64,000 nucleotides of DNA, from contig CM075995.1 in NCBI GenBank assembly GCA_038087875.1, positions 3,040,001-3,104,000 of the forward strand. The letters run 5' to 3'. A program made the translations under genes and the position numbers. The first letter of the stretch is position 1; every line of letters begins with the position of its first letter. Positions 12,135 to 23,180 of the stretch are shown here, piece by piece. The DNA comes from Malacoraja senta (Eukaryota). The notes under the pieces are model-generated. The model made no database searches. It worked only from the letters and a program-made list of their open reading frames with translations, and was not told where the DNA came from.

Positions 12135-12220
12135 CGTAGAGCTAGCACCCCTACCCCGTAAAACCCAAAACCAACTACGGAAACAGCAAGCATAAACGAT
12201 ACTGGAAACCGGCGTGAGAG
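12064..12220 (+). mobile_element. RTE-like LINE 5' leader fragment
   Basis: ggaggaaggttgggcgtagagctagcacccctaccccgtaaaacc resembles RTE-clade 5' leaders; no RTE ORF follows. Confidence 0.55.
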
Positions 12221-12796
12221 ATGGATCAACCACGATTGAATGGTGGAGTAGACTTGATGGGCCAAATGGCCTTATTCTGTTCTTATCACTTATGATCTTA
12301 TGATTAGACAAGAGTAGATACAGTTACCAGAGTAGGCGCCTATGGTGGTATGAAGGATGCTTGTCAGATCAGCACTGGAGGAACTCAACATGATAACGTG
12401 ACGCCCACAGAGACCTCGTGAGTAGCTGCTTCAGTAAATACTATCTCATCTTAAAGATCATGAGGGATGAAGCAGCGAGTTGGCGTAGATGGGGGCTATT
12501 TTCAGACTGGAATCTCACTGTGCCATATTCACATCAGCCATCAGATGAAAAGATATAGTTGATTTTCACACAAGGCTCAAAAGGAAAGTGAGTTTAATTT
12601 TTGTTTTAATTTAGAGATCCAGCGCTGTAACAGGCCCTACGGCCCAACGATTCCACGCCGACTGATTCAAAGATACTTTATTGTCACATGTACAGTGAAG
12701 TTCTTTGTTCTGCGCACAGCCCAGTAAATTCATACAGCAGACCTCACCGAGGCAGCGCACGAAAGAGTCCCCACGTTTCTGGTGCCGGCAAAGTTA

Positions 12797-13588
12797 AGGG
12801 CCTGTCCCACTTAGGCGATTTTTCAGCGGACTGCCGGCGATTGTCAAGTTCCCGGTACTCGCCTGAAAAAACGGGAACTGGAACGGCAACTGTCAGTGGA
12901 ACACGCACACACGCACACACACACACACACACACATCGCAAAGGCGGGGGCCAGGGAAAGCAGGGGAGCGCTGTCTGAAATTTACACAGTGCAAAGCCAA
13001 GGTGATACAGACACACACCGCGATGAACAGGAAGGTTAAGACTGCTAGCACAGTGTACGGTAAGTCCTTTAAAAGAGGGGGGGAGGGGAGAAGGGGGAGA
13101 GAGTAGGGGGGGAGAAGAAGTGGAGACACTTTCAAGAAGCCAGACAACTTTTAATAAGCCAGAGATACACAGCTGTGAAGTTCGGTGGGCATTTAACATT
13201 ACCGGTCGGTTTTCCTTGGTTCTGAAAACTTGTGCTTACACTTTTTTTCCCCAATGAGCCAATGAAAATGAACGGTCAGCAAAGGTGATTAACTAAAACT
13301 ACCTACGACTAGCTCGACTACCCATAACTACATGGCAACCCCACTACAACTGCACCTACGACTACAGGATTATTGATTTTCTCCATGGTGACCAATACTT
13401 GGTCGCAGAAAAATTTTCAACATGTTGAAAAATTTGCGCCGACCATACTGAATGCTGGAACTCCTCGCGACATTGAAGGAGACTCGCCAGAGACCACCAG
13501 CGAACATGTGGTGACCATGTGGCGATCGTGTGGCGAGTGCAGAGTCTCCTGCACTCGCCTGAAAAGTCGCCTAAGTGGGACAGGCCCT
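12797..13588. mobile_element. PIF/Harbinger-type non-autonomous element (MITE)
   Basis: TIR agggcctgtcccacttaggcga / tcgcctaagtgggacaggccct; flanks tta / tca; no transposase. Confidence 0.85.
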
Positions 13589-14679
13589 TCACAAAAAGTT
13601 CGTCGAACTTATCTGCGGCTCGCAGCGGCGAATCAGGTCTGCCGTCGCACGTGGCAGACCTCACCCCCCCCCACCCAGCGGGTCTCCCCCTCTGTTCCTT
13701 CCTGCTGTGTCCCCCCCCTCCATTCTCGGCAGCTCCCCAGCGGGTCACTCTTCCATTCTCGGCGGTCCCCTTGGTGGGACTCCCGTCTGTTTTTTGGTGC
13801 CCCGTTTGCCGGGTCCCTCTTCCATTCTCGGTGCCCCCCTCAACGGTACCTCCTCCATTCTCGGCGCACCCACATTGGGTCCCCCCGAGCGTCTTGGTGC
13901 CCCCAGACTGGGTCCCCTTCATTCTTGGCAGCCCCACTGCCACCAGGTCCTCCTTCATTCTTGTCAGGTCCCACATTACGATCTCGGCTGACCTGCTAAG
14001 TGATATTCACCCCTTCATTGGATGTCGACTGTGGTTGATTTTGTCGAACAGAACAAGCAAACAGCTGGCTGCTTGTGAAATGCGGATGGTTATCTGAGTA
14101 ACTGCATCTATCTTGCTCCCTGCAGGTGACACGTGTGGTATGTGCTTGCAGGATCTGGTGCAAACCAAACAGAACAGAGAAATAACCACCAGTTTAAAAA
14201 ATATATTGTCGAGGTATCTCGACTTACCACTTCTTCCCTTTATCTGTCGTAGGATGACATATCCCCTACAGTGAAGAAGACCTCTGGCAAAGATGACCAA
14301 AGGGGTCATAAAGACAGATGGTGTCTGATGAAAGACCCGCTCCAACCTGATCATACTCTCATTTCACACCAACCATCAGTAAAAAAGTACAGGAGTCTGA
14401 AAAACATGACCACCAGATTCAAACACAGCTTCTCCCCAACAAACTATTCTATTCAGCTCTTGACCACTACACAACACTAACCTCTGCAACTATAAACTTC
14501 TATGGACTATCTTTGGTTGCACAAAGGATGTTTGGCTTTGCACTCGCACTTAGTTATTAATATATTGATTATAAAAAAATATAATCATATGTATGGTGTC
14601 ATTGTAAATGACAGTAAAATTATTCTATATTATTTGTGTGTAATGCATTTCAGGGCCCGTTACGTTTCTGCAGGTCTTC

Positions 14680-14950
14680 TTACAGCGGCAGAGACCTAGG
14701 TTCGACCCTGACTACGGGTGCTGTCTGTACGGAGTTTGCAAGTTCTCCCCGTGACCTGTGTAGGTTTTCCCCGGCTGCTCCAGTTTCCTCCCACACTCCA
14801 AAGATGTACAAGTATGTAGTTAAATTGGCTTGGTATGAATGTAAATTGTCCCTAGTGTGAGTAGGATAGTGTTCATGTGCAGAGATCCGTGGTCGGTGCT
14901 GACCCAATGGGCTGAAGGGCCTGTTTCCGCGCTGTATCTCTAAACTAAAT
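14680..14950 (+). mobile_element. V-SINE (HE1-like) copy
   Basis: B box ggttcgaccc, V-domain, tail gtatctctaaactaaa. Confidence 0.85.
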
Positions 14951-15600
14951 CTTATTGTTCCATTGTACCTAATGACTATTAAACATTCTTGACTCCAGAC
15001 TACACGTCTTCTCATTTCTTCAGACTGCCGATACCTGTGAGATTTTGTAATTTCAAAAGTCCTCTGTGTTGTTTCTTTAATGTTCAAAGTGCGTAGCTCA
15101 CACCTGCCTGTTGTGAAATCCATTGTCCGATTCTCCCCATTTTCCCAAATGCTACCAACTGCACTGTTCACCATTCCATTTATAATTGTGCCATTAGTAA
15201 AACTTGACTTTCCAATCCATCAACTATGTTACTTATGAAAAAGGATGAACATCAACCAATAGGTAAGAGGACATTTCTTCCCATGTTGAAACAAGGAACT
15301 GCAGATGCTGGTTTATGAAAAAAGTACTGGAGTAACCTACCGGGTCAGGCGGAATCATTGGAGAAGTTTTGGGTCTCAAGAAGGGTCCTGACCCAAAACG
15401 TTGCCTTTCATGTTCTCCGGAGACACTACCTCATCCATTGAGTTACTCCAGCACTTTGTGTACTTTTATTTACTCCCCGGTTTTTGTTCAGTTACATTCA
15501 ATAAACAAATGTCTCCATGTACGGACTCCTATATATTGGCAAGACCAAGCGCAGGCTCAGCGATCGTTTCGCTGAACACCTCTGCTCAGTTCGTCTAAAC

Positions 15601-15836
15601 CAAGGTTTCCCAACCTGGGGTAAATTTACCCACAGGAGGCACATTTCTCCTACCCAGCGGGTAAATTTGTTGATTCTGGATTTGTTAAAAACAGTACTTT
15701 AAAATTTCCCCTTTGTCTGTTGCTTTATCATGGTAGAAGTGTAAACTCAAATACTGAACAAAACAGGGTGGGGGTAAATTTACTTTTGAAAGGTTGCCAG
15801 GGGGGTAAACGGGACGAAAAAGGTTGGGAACCCCTG
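15601..15836. mobile_element. hAT (Charlie-like) MITE
   Basis: 8-bp TSD gtctaaac (15593-15600, 15837-15844); TIR caaggtttcccaacct / aggttgggaacccctg. Confidence 0.9.
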
Positions 15837-16174
15837 GTCTAAACATACGTGATCTTGCGGTTGCTAAACACTTTAACTCCCCTTCCCATTCCCACACTGA
15901 CCTTTCTGTCCTGGGCCTCCTCCATTGTCAGAGTGAGGCCCAGCGCAAATTGGAGGAACAGCACCTCATATTTCGCTTGGGCAGCTTACACCCCAGCAGT
16001 ATGAACATTGACTTCTCTAACTTCAGGTAACCCTTGCTTTCCCTTTCTCTCCATCCCTATCCCTTCCCAGTTCTCCGAGCAGTCTGAATGTCCTTCATTT
16101 TATCTCTGTCTGTTTTGTTGTCAACTTCCCCTAGCTAACAATGGTCTATTCAACATTTTCCTTGATTTGCATCT

Positions 16175-16465
16175 TTAGTTTAGTTTGGAGATACAGCGTG
16201 GAAACAGGCCCTTCGGCCCACCGTGCCGTACCGACCAGCGATCCCCTACACAAACTAGGGGCAATTTAACATTTATACCAAGCCAATTAACCTACAAACC
16301 TGTACATCTTGGAATGTGGGAGAGTTGGAGGAAACCGAAGATCTCGGAGAAAGACCACGGGGAGAACGCACAAACGAACATACGGACAAGCACCCATAGG
16401 CGGGATCGAACCCAGGTCTCTGGCGCTGTAAGGCAGCAATTCTACCGCTGCACCACCATGCCACC
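16175..16465 (-). mobile_element. V-SINE nested in the Penelope 3'UTR
   Basis: Head, V-domain and (AAACT)n tail on minus strand. Confidence 0.85.
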
Positions 16466-17171
16466 CTCTTTTGATCTCTTACACTTCCTTATCTCTGTAA
16501 CTCCCTCTCACCTGACGCTCAGACTGAAGAAGGGTCTCGACCCGAATCGTCACCCACTCCTTCTATCCAGAGATGCTGCCCGTCCCGCTGAGTTCCTCCA
16601 GCATTTTGTGTCTATCTTCGGTGTAAACCACCATCTGTAGTCCCTTCCTGCACAAATTTTACAGATTGTTCCTTCATATTTTTTTCCCAAAGTACCTGCA
16701 TTTTCAATCCAATCTGTCCACTTTGGATTTGATAATTGTTTCCATACATCTCGATCCAAAACTTTTGTAAAAATTGTGGCCATTCTTTTTTCAGCTGTCA
16801 AAACGTTCTCCCAAACAGTTGAAGCTGCCGAGAGTATTTATGTGTGCCTTCCTTTCACTTTGCGATGTTACTTCAGCTTGCCAAGGTGGCAGGAGCTCAA
16901 AGGAAAAGGCATGGCTGGAAATCGGTGGAATTGATTGTTTTCATTGCAATTCAGGACCACTCCGCCATCTATTCTCCTCCACGCTTGTGTCAACAAAGTT
17001 GCTTCACATCTGGATCCAGTCACAAGTGGGGGTGAGGTTGAAGCTGATACATTAGTGTCATTAAAAGAGACATGTGGATATGTCGGGCCATGTGCTGCAG
17101 CACGGTCTTGGTATCATGTCCGGCTCAGACATTCGGGGCCGAAGGGCCTGTTCCTGTGATGTAATGTTCTA

Positions 17172-17626
17172 TGTCCGCACGGGTCGCCGTGCGGTAAGCT
17201 CCGGAGTACTGTGACCACCGACTCCAACATCCAAGGAGCTGTGGCTGTGGGCGTCCAGCCTGGGATCCGAGATTGCCAGAGTCGGAGCTCCACTCCCCGG
17301 TGCCGCGGTCTCCGGGGAGGGAGCGGCCGCTCCAGACATTCCAAGCCGCTGAGGAGTGTTCACCCGACGCCGGAGTTCCATCTTCCCGGCAAGAGGGCCT
17401 GAAAACATCTGACTGGCTGCGGAGGCCACAAATAGGCCCCTGTTGTGGGGGGACATTCATGATGAATTCTATAATGTGTTATGTCATTTTTATTTTATTT
17501 TTTATTTTTCTATGGATGTACGGAAACTTAATTATTTCTTCTATGTAAAGCACTTTTGTTTCAACGCGAGTTGATTTAAACGTGTTATATAAATATACCT
17601 GTAAATCACTTACTTACTTACTTACT
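17172..17626 (+). mobile_element. GC-rich non-autonomous retroposon with L2-type 3' end and (TTAC)n tail
   Basis: 3' tgtaaagcacttt...tatataaat..cacttacttacttac; sits inside a (TATGTTC)n CR1 tail. Confidence 0.55.
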
Positions 17627-17734
17627 ATGTTCTATGTTCTACATGAAAGAACCATAATGGATGGGGAAAGTGAGAAGCTTTCTGCATGATTTCAAATCCT
17701 TCTGGTACTATGACAGCATGGGGGCCAGTTCACA

Positions 17735-18200
17735 AGTTCACAAGTTATAGGAGTAGAATTAGGCCATTCGACCCATCGAGTCTACTCCGCCATTCAATCG
17801 TGGCTGATCTCTGCCTCCTGATCCCATTCTCCTGCCTTCTCACCATAACCATTGGCACCAGTTCCAATCAAGAATTTGTCCATCTCTGCCTTAAAATTAT
17901 CCACTGACTTGGCCTCCACAGCCCTGTGTGGCAATGAGTTCCACAGATTAACAACTCTCTGACTAAAGAAGTTCCACCTCACCACCTTTCTAAAAGAGCG
18001 CCCTTTAATTCTGAGGCTATGTCCTCTGGTCCCAGACTCTCCCACCAGTGGAAACATCCTTTCCACATCCACTCTATCTAATGCCTTTCATTATTCTGTA
18101 AGTTTCAATGAGGTCCCCCCCTCAACCTTCTAAACTCCAGCGAGTGGAGGCCCAGTGCCATCAAACGCTCATCATGTGCTAACCCACTCATTCCTGGAGT
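17735..18200 (-). mobile_element. CR1 3' fragment
   Basis: GLHSLEFRRLRG; FPLVGESGTRGHSLRIKG..FFSQRVVNLWNSLP. Confidence 0.9.
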
Positions 18201-18449
18201 CAACACCGAGTACAAAGTTGACCAGGGAGGGCCAGCACACCAGGAAGTGAATGGTAAAGGAGAAATAATGTTTGCAAAAACAATCAGTGGCAAAACACAA
18301 AGCGCTGGAAGACCACAACGGGTCAGGCAGCATCTGTGGAGGCAAATACACAGCCTCTACACAGGCTGTGTGGATAGATGACATTTGGGGTCGAGACCCA
18401 TCTACACACTAATTAGAGTAGGGTGGAGGGGGTGGAAGCTGGAAAGAAG

Positions 18450-18725
18450 ACTTTAGACTTTAGAGAAGCAGCGTGGAAACAGGTCCTTCTTCCCAATGAG
18501 TCCGCGCCGACCAGCGATCCCCGTACACTAGCACTATCCTACACACTAGGGACAATTTACAATTTTTACCTAAGTCAATTAACCTACAAACCTCTACGTC
18601 TTTGGAGTGTGGGAGGAAACCGGAGCACCCGGAGGAAACCCACACGGTCACGGGGAGAACGTACAAACTCCGTACAGACAGCACCCGTAGTCATGATCCA
18701 ATCCGAATCTTTGGAGCTGTAAGCA
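18450..18725 (-). mobile_element. V-SINE (HE1-like) copy, head truncated
   Basis: V-domain and tail on minus strand. Confidence 0.8.
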
Positions 18726-18997
18726 AGCTGTGCCCTACCACTCTGTGGAGGGTCAAAGCCTGGCAAGCAATTGAAGGATATAGGTAAAGGGGGTAGTTGA
18801 GTATCAGATTCTTGATTAGTACGGGTGTCAGAGGTTATGGGGAGAAGGCAGGAGAATGGGGTCAGCAGGGAGAGATAGATCAGTCATGATTGAATGGTGG
18901 AGTAGACTTGTTGGGCCGAATGGCCTAATTCTACTCCTATTCCTTGTGACCTAATGAGAGAGGTGGAGTAAGTGAGAGAGGCTAGAGATGAAAAGGA

Positions 18998-19052
18998 GAC
19001 CAGCTAGCTCAGTCGATAGAGCATGGGACTCTTAATCCCAGGGTCGTGGGTT
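18998..19052 (+). pseudogene. tRNA-Lys(CTT) 5' portion, truncated in the T-loop, retrocopied
   Basis: gaccagctagctcagtcgatagagcatgggactCTTaatcccagggtcgtgggtt matches vertebrate tRNA-Lys-CTT GCCCGGCTAGCTCAGTCGGTAGAGCATGGGACTCTTAATCCCAGGGTCGTGGGTTCG; anticodon at 19031-19033. Confidence 0.9.
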
Positions 19053-19642
19053 GAGTATAGAAGTTGGGAAGTCATGTTGCAGTTGTATTAGACATTGGTG
19101 AGTGCATTTAGAATATTATGTTCAGTTCTGGGCACCATGTTATAGGAAAGATATTGTCAAGCTTGAAAGGGTTCAGAAAATATTTACGAGGATGTTGCCA
19201 GGACTAGAGGGTGTGAGCTATAGGGAGAGGATGAGTAGGCTGGGTCTCTATTCCAGGGAGCGTAGGAGGATGAGGGGAGATCTTATAGAGGTAGACAAAA
19301 TCATGAGAGGAATAGATGGGGTAGATGTACAGAGTCTTTTACCCAGAGTAGGGGAATCAAGGACCAGAGGACATACATTCAAGGTGAAGGGGAAAAGATT
19401 TAATAGGAACCCGAGGGGTAACTTTTTCACACAGAGGGTGGTGGGTGTATGGAATAAGCTGCCAGAGGAGCTAGTTGAGGCTGGGATTATCCCATTGTTT
19501 ATGAAAGAGTTGGACAGGTACATGTATAGGACAGGTTTGGAGGGTTATGGACCAAGCGCAGGCAAGTGGGACTAGCGTATGTGGGCGAGTTGGGCCATAG
19601 GGCCTGTTTCCACACTGTATCACTGTATGACTCTACGACTCT
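19053..19642 (+). mobile_element. 5'-truncated CR1 fused directly to the tRNA-Lys head
   Basis: EYRSWEVMLQLY..HLEYYVQFWAP..FFTQRVVGVWN; tail gactctacgactct; TSD aggagac at 18994-19000 and 19643-19649. Confidence 0.9.
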
Positions 19643-20894
19643 AGGAGACAGGTAATGATAGAAGAGGATGTACAATGTAAAGCCAGTGACAGGAATATGG
19701 GCGGAAGGGGACAGTTGGGGGGTGGAAGGAGGGGCGATAAAAGGGAAGTGAAGGACTCAGGAATGGGGAATGGGGAATGAGCATTTGGAGGATGGGTTGG
19801 AGAAGGGTGTCTCGAGGAGCAGCAGGGTGGGAGATGGTGGTGGACAGGTATGTGCATCAGGGTGGAAGTGGAGAGGGGGGGTCACTCAGTGGAGCACATA
19901 ATGAGCAGCAAGATAGAGGGCTGGTACCTCCACAGCTATTTAAGTGGACATATAATATCCTTGCAATCATATGGTTGCATATTTTCTCCAGAGATGCTGC
20001 CTGACCACGATGAGTTACTCCAGTTTTTTCTCTGTCTTCGGTGTAAACCATACATCTACAGTTTCTCCCCCTACGCGCAGTGATCATGGTATATGATGAT
20101 CACCATTTTGCAAAAAAGGAAGGAGCCTAAAGTGATCATTCCAGCCAAGTACAAAGCAGCATTGACCCCATTCCCATGTTCAGGATCTTGATGATGGTGG
20201 CTTCTTGAGTAAGGACCCAGAGAATCATTGCATCTCCGGAATAAAGGAATACGTCAACTATTCCTTTTCTCCAGAGATGCTGCCTGACCCCCCCCTGAGT
20301 TACTCCACCATTTCGTGCCTATCTTTGGTGTAAACCAGCTTCTGCAGTTCCTTCCTGCACCTCCAGAGAATGGTTGATAGACACAAAAAGCTAGATCGAC
20401 TTAGCGAATCTGGCAGCAACTCCGGAGAAAAGGAAGAGGTGATGTTTCGGGTCGCGAGACCCTTCTTCAGTTAGTGCTCACAATTCTACCACATGGGTTT
20501 ATACAGCGCTTGCGACAGGGGAAAAGATTAAAATGGAAAGGAAACATAATTGTGGTTCATTCAATTTTGCTTTTATTTCCCTTCTCCCTCAGGGTGAAAT
20601 CTTATAGTTAGTTTTGTTTTAAATCCCTTGGTTGACAAGATTTACCCGAATTAGAAAGCACCGCTTTAAGGCGTAGGGGGTAAAGAGACGTGTGGGGCAA
20701 CTTTTTTTTACACAGAGGGTGGTGGGTGCTTGGAACGGCGCTGCCAGAGGTGGTGGTGGAAGCAGATACAATAGTGGTATTTAAGGGGCTTTTGGATAGA
20801 TACATGGACATGCAGGGAATGGAGGGAATATGGACCAAGTGCAGATTAAGTTTAAGAGCATCATGTTAGGAAAGATAGAAACACAGGAACAAAA

Positions 20895-21885
20895 ACAATA
20901 GACAATAGACAATAGGTGCAGGAGTAGGCCATTCGGCCCTTTGAGTCAGCACCGCCATTCAGTATGATCACAGCTGATCACCATAAATCAGTACCCCTTT
21001 CCTGCATTCTCCCCATATCCCTTGATTCCGTTAGCTCTCAGAATTATATCTAACTCTCTCTTGAAAACATCCAATGAATTGACCTCCACTGCCTTCTGTG
21101 GCAGAGAATTCCACAGATTCACAACTCTCTGGGTGAAAAGTTTTTTCCTCATCTAGTCCTAAATGGCCTACCCCTTATCCTTAAACTGTGACCACTGGTT
21201 CTGTACTCCCCCAACATCGGGAACATTTTTCCTGCATCTAGCCTGTCCCATCCCATAAGAATTTTATACGTTTCTATAAGATCCTGAGAAGATTACGGAG
21301 AGTCGGTATGTCAAAGAGGACTCTCTCGAACTTCTACAGGTGCACAGTAGAGAGCCTGCTGACCGGTTGCATCGTGGCTTGGTTCGGCAACTTGAGCGTC
21401 CAGGAGCGGAAAAGAATGCAGAAAGTTGTGACCACTGCCCAGTCCATCATCGGCTCTGACCTCCCCACCATCGAAGGGATCTATCGCAGTCGCTGCCTCA
21501 AAAAGGATGCCAGCATCATCAAGGAACCACACCATCCTGGCCACACACTCATCTCTCTGTTGCCATCAGGTAGAAGGTACAGGAGCTTGAAATCTGGAAC
21601 ATCCAGGTTCAAGAACATCTTCTTCCCCACAACCATCAGGCTATTAAACTCGCCATCAAACAAACTCTGAACTCCAACAGCCTATTGCACTTTATCTGTT
21701 TAATTTTGTATATATATGGTCTATGCTATATAGACACACTGAACTGTTCTGTATTCATGCTTACAATACTCTTGTGCTGCAGCAAAGCAAGAATGTCATT
21801 GTCCTATCTGGGACACATGACAATAAACTCTCTTGACTCTTGACTTGTCATCCTTCTAAATTCCAGTGAATATAAGCCCAGTCGA
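20895..21885. mobile_element. Minus-strand CR1 3' fragment interrupted by a plus-strand Rex1/Babar 3' fragment (~21285-21847)
   Basis: Rex ORF 21308-21670 ([29 protein letters not shown]); CR1 resumes at tcatccttctaaattccag. Confidence 0.85.
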
Positions 21886-22207
21886 GTGAACACTATGGGC
21901 TGAAGAGCCTGTTCCTGAGCTGTACTCTTCTTTAGTCCATGAAATGTTCTCAGCTGATTGAGAGGGTAATTATCCTGCCTCCAAGCGAGGGATATGGAGG
22001 GATATGGATCATGTATGGGCAGGTGAGATCAGTTTAGTTAGGTATCATGTTCGGCACAGAAATTTACAATTGTAATTATTCCAAGCCAATTGGCCTACAA
22101 AACCTATACATCTTTGAAGTTGTATAGTCGATGAAATGTTCACAGCTGATTCACTGGGTTGAGCCTCCAAGCATCTACCAGTCCCACTTGAGAAAGGCTG
22201 ATAGACA

Positions 22208-22522
22208 GGGTGGCCCGGTGGCGCAGCGGTGGAGTTGCTGTCTTACAGTGCTTGCAGTGCCGGAGACCTGGGTTCGAACCTGACTACGGGTGCTGTCTGT
22301 ACGGAGTTTGTACGTTGTCCCCGTGACCGTATGAATTTTCTCCGAGATCTTCGGTTTCCTCCCACACTCAAAACCTGTACAGGTTTGTAGGTTCATTGGC
22401 TTGGTACAAGTGTAAATTGTCCCCAGCGCGTGTAGGATAGTGTTAATGTGCAGGGATCGCTGGTCGGTGCAGACTCCGAAGGCCAAAAGGCCGGTTTCTG
22501 CGCTGTATCTGCAAACTAAACT
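22208..22522 (+). mobile_element. V-SINE (HE1-like) copy
   Basis: ggtggcgcagcgg, ggttcgaacc, V-domain, aaactaaactaa tail. Confidence 0.9.
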
Positions 22523-22756
22523 AAGCAGAATGAGTTACTGCACCACTGCTTGTTCTTTGAACTCACACATCATCCACGATTACAGAGATGAAATATAATA
22601 GTCAGCAACAGGATGTCGTAAAGGACCAGCCCTCTTTCTACCCTAGGGCCTTCCTTTTGGCCTTGAGTATCCTGATGTCATGGTAGATTTTCTTTCAACA
22701 CCGTGACTTGAAAGGGAGAATGAAAGACTATTTGTGATTTCTTTCTGCAGTTCCGC

Positions 22757-23180
22757 AGATGTTGTCAAGCTGGAAAGGCTACAGAGAAGATTTACGAGGA
22801 TGTTGCCAGGGCTGGAGGGTCTCAGCTGCAGGGAGAGGTTGAGTAGGCTGGACTCTATTCCTTGGAGTGCAGGAAATTGAGGGGTGAACTCACAGAGGTG
22901 TATAAAATTATGAGAGGAATAGATCATGTCCAGAGTAGGTGAATTGATGACCAGAGGACAGAGGAATCTGAGGGGTAACTTTTTCACACAAAGGCTGTTG
23001 GGTTTATGGAACAAGCTGCCAGAGGAGGTAGTTGAGGCAGGGACTATCCCAATGTGTAAGAAACAGTTAAACAGGTACGTGGATAGGACATGTTTGGAGG
23101 GATATGGACCAAATCTGGGCAGGTGGGACTAGTGTAGCTGGGACATGTTGGGCCGAAGGGCCTGTTTCCACGCTGTACCA
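22757..23180 (+). mobile_element. CR1 3' fragment
   Basis: NFFTQRLLGLWNKLPEEVVEAG..GYGPNLGRWD. Confidence 0.85.

Larger units (their letters stand above)
15505..16652 (+). mobile_element. Penelope-like element 3' portion: GIY-YIG endonuclease, 3'UTR and hammerhead-bearing terminus (interrupted by a hAT MITE and a SINE)
   Basis: GLLYIGKTKRRLSDRFAEHL..DLAVAKHFNSPSHS..RKLEEQHLIFRLGSLHPSSMN; CTGAAGA..GAAT.GTC motif at 16524-16551. Confidence 0.85.

Noticed and set aside
13362..14097. Overlapping ~200-aa ORFs on both strands
   Set aside because: GC-rich low-complexity repeat interior spanning a MITE boundary; no recognisable domain.
16695..16825. Possible minus-strand coding exon (STVWENVLTAEKRMATIFTKVLDRDVWKQLSNPKWTDWIENA)
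   Set aside because: Weak splice sites, no recognisable protein and no partner exons; tBLASTx or RNA-seq would be needed.
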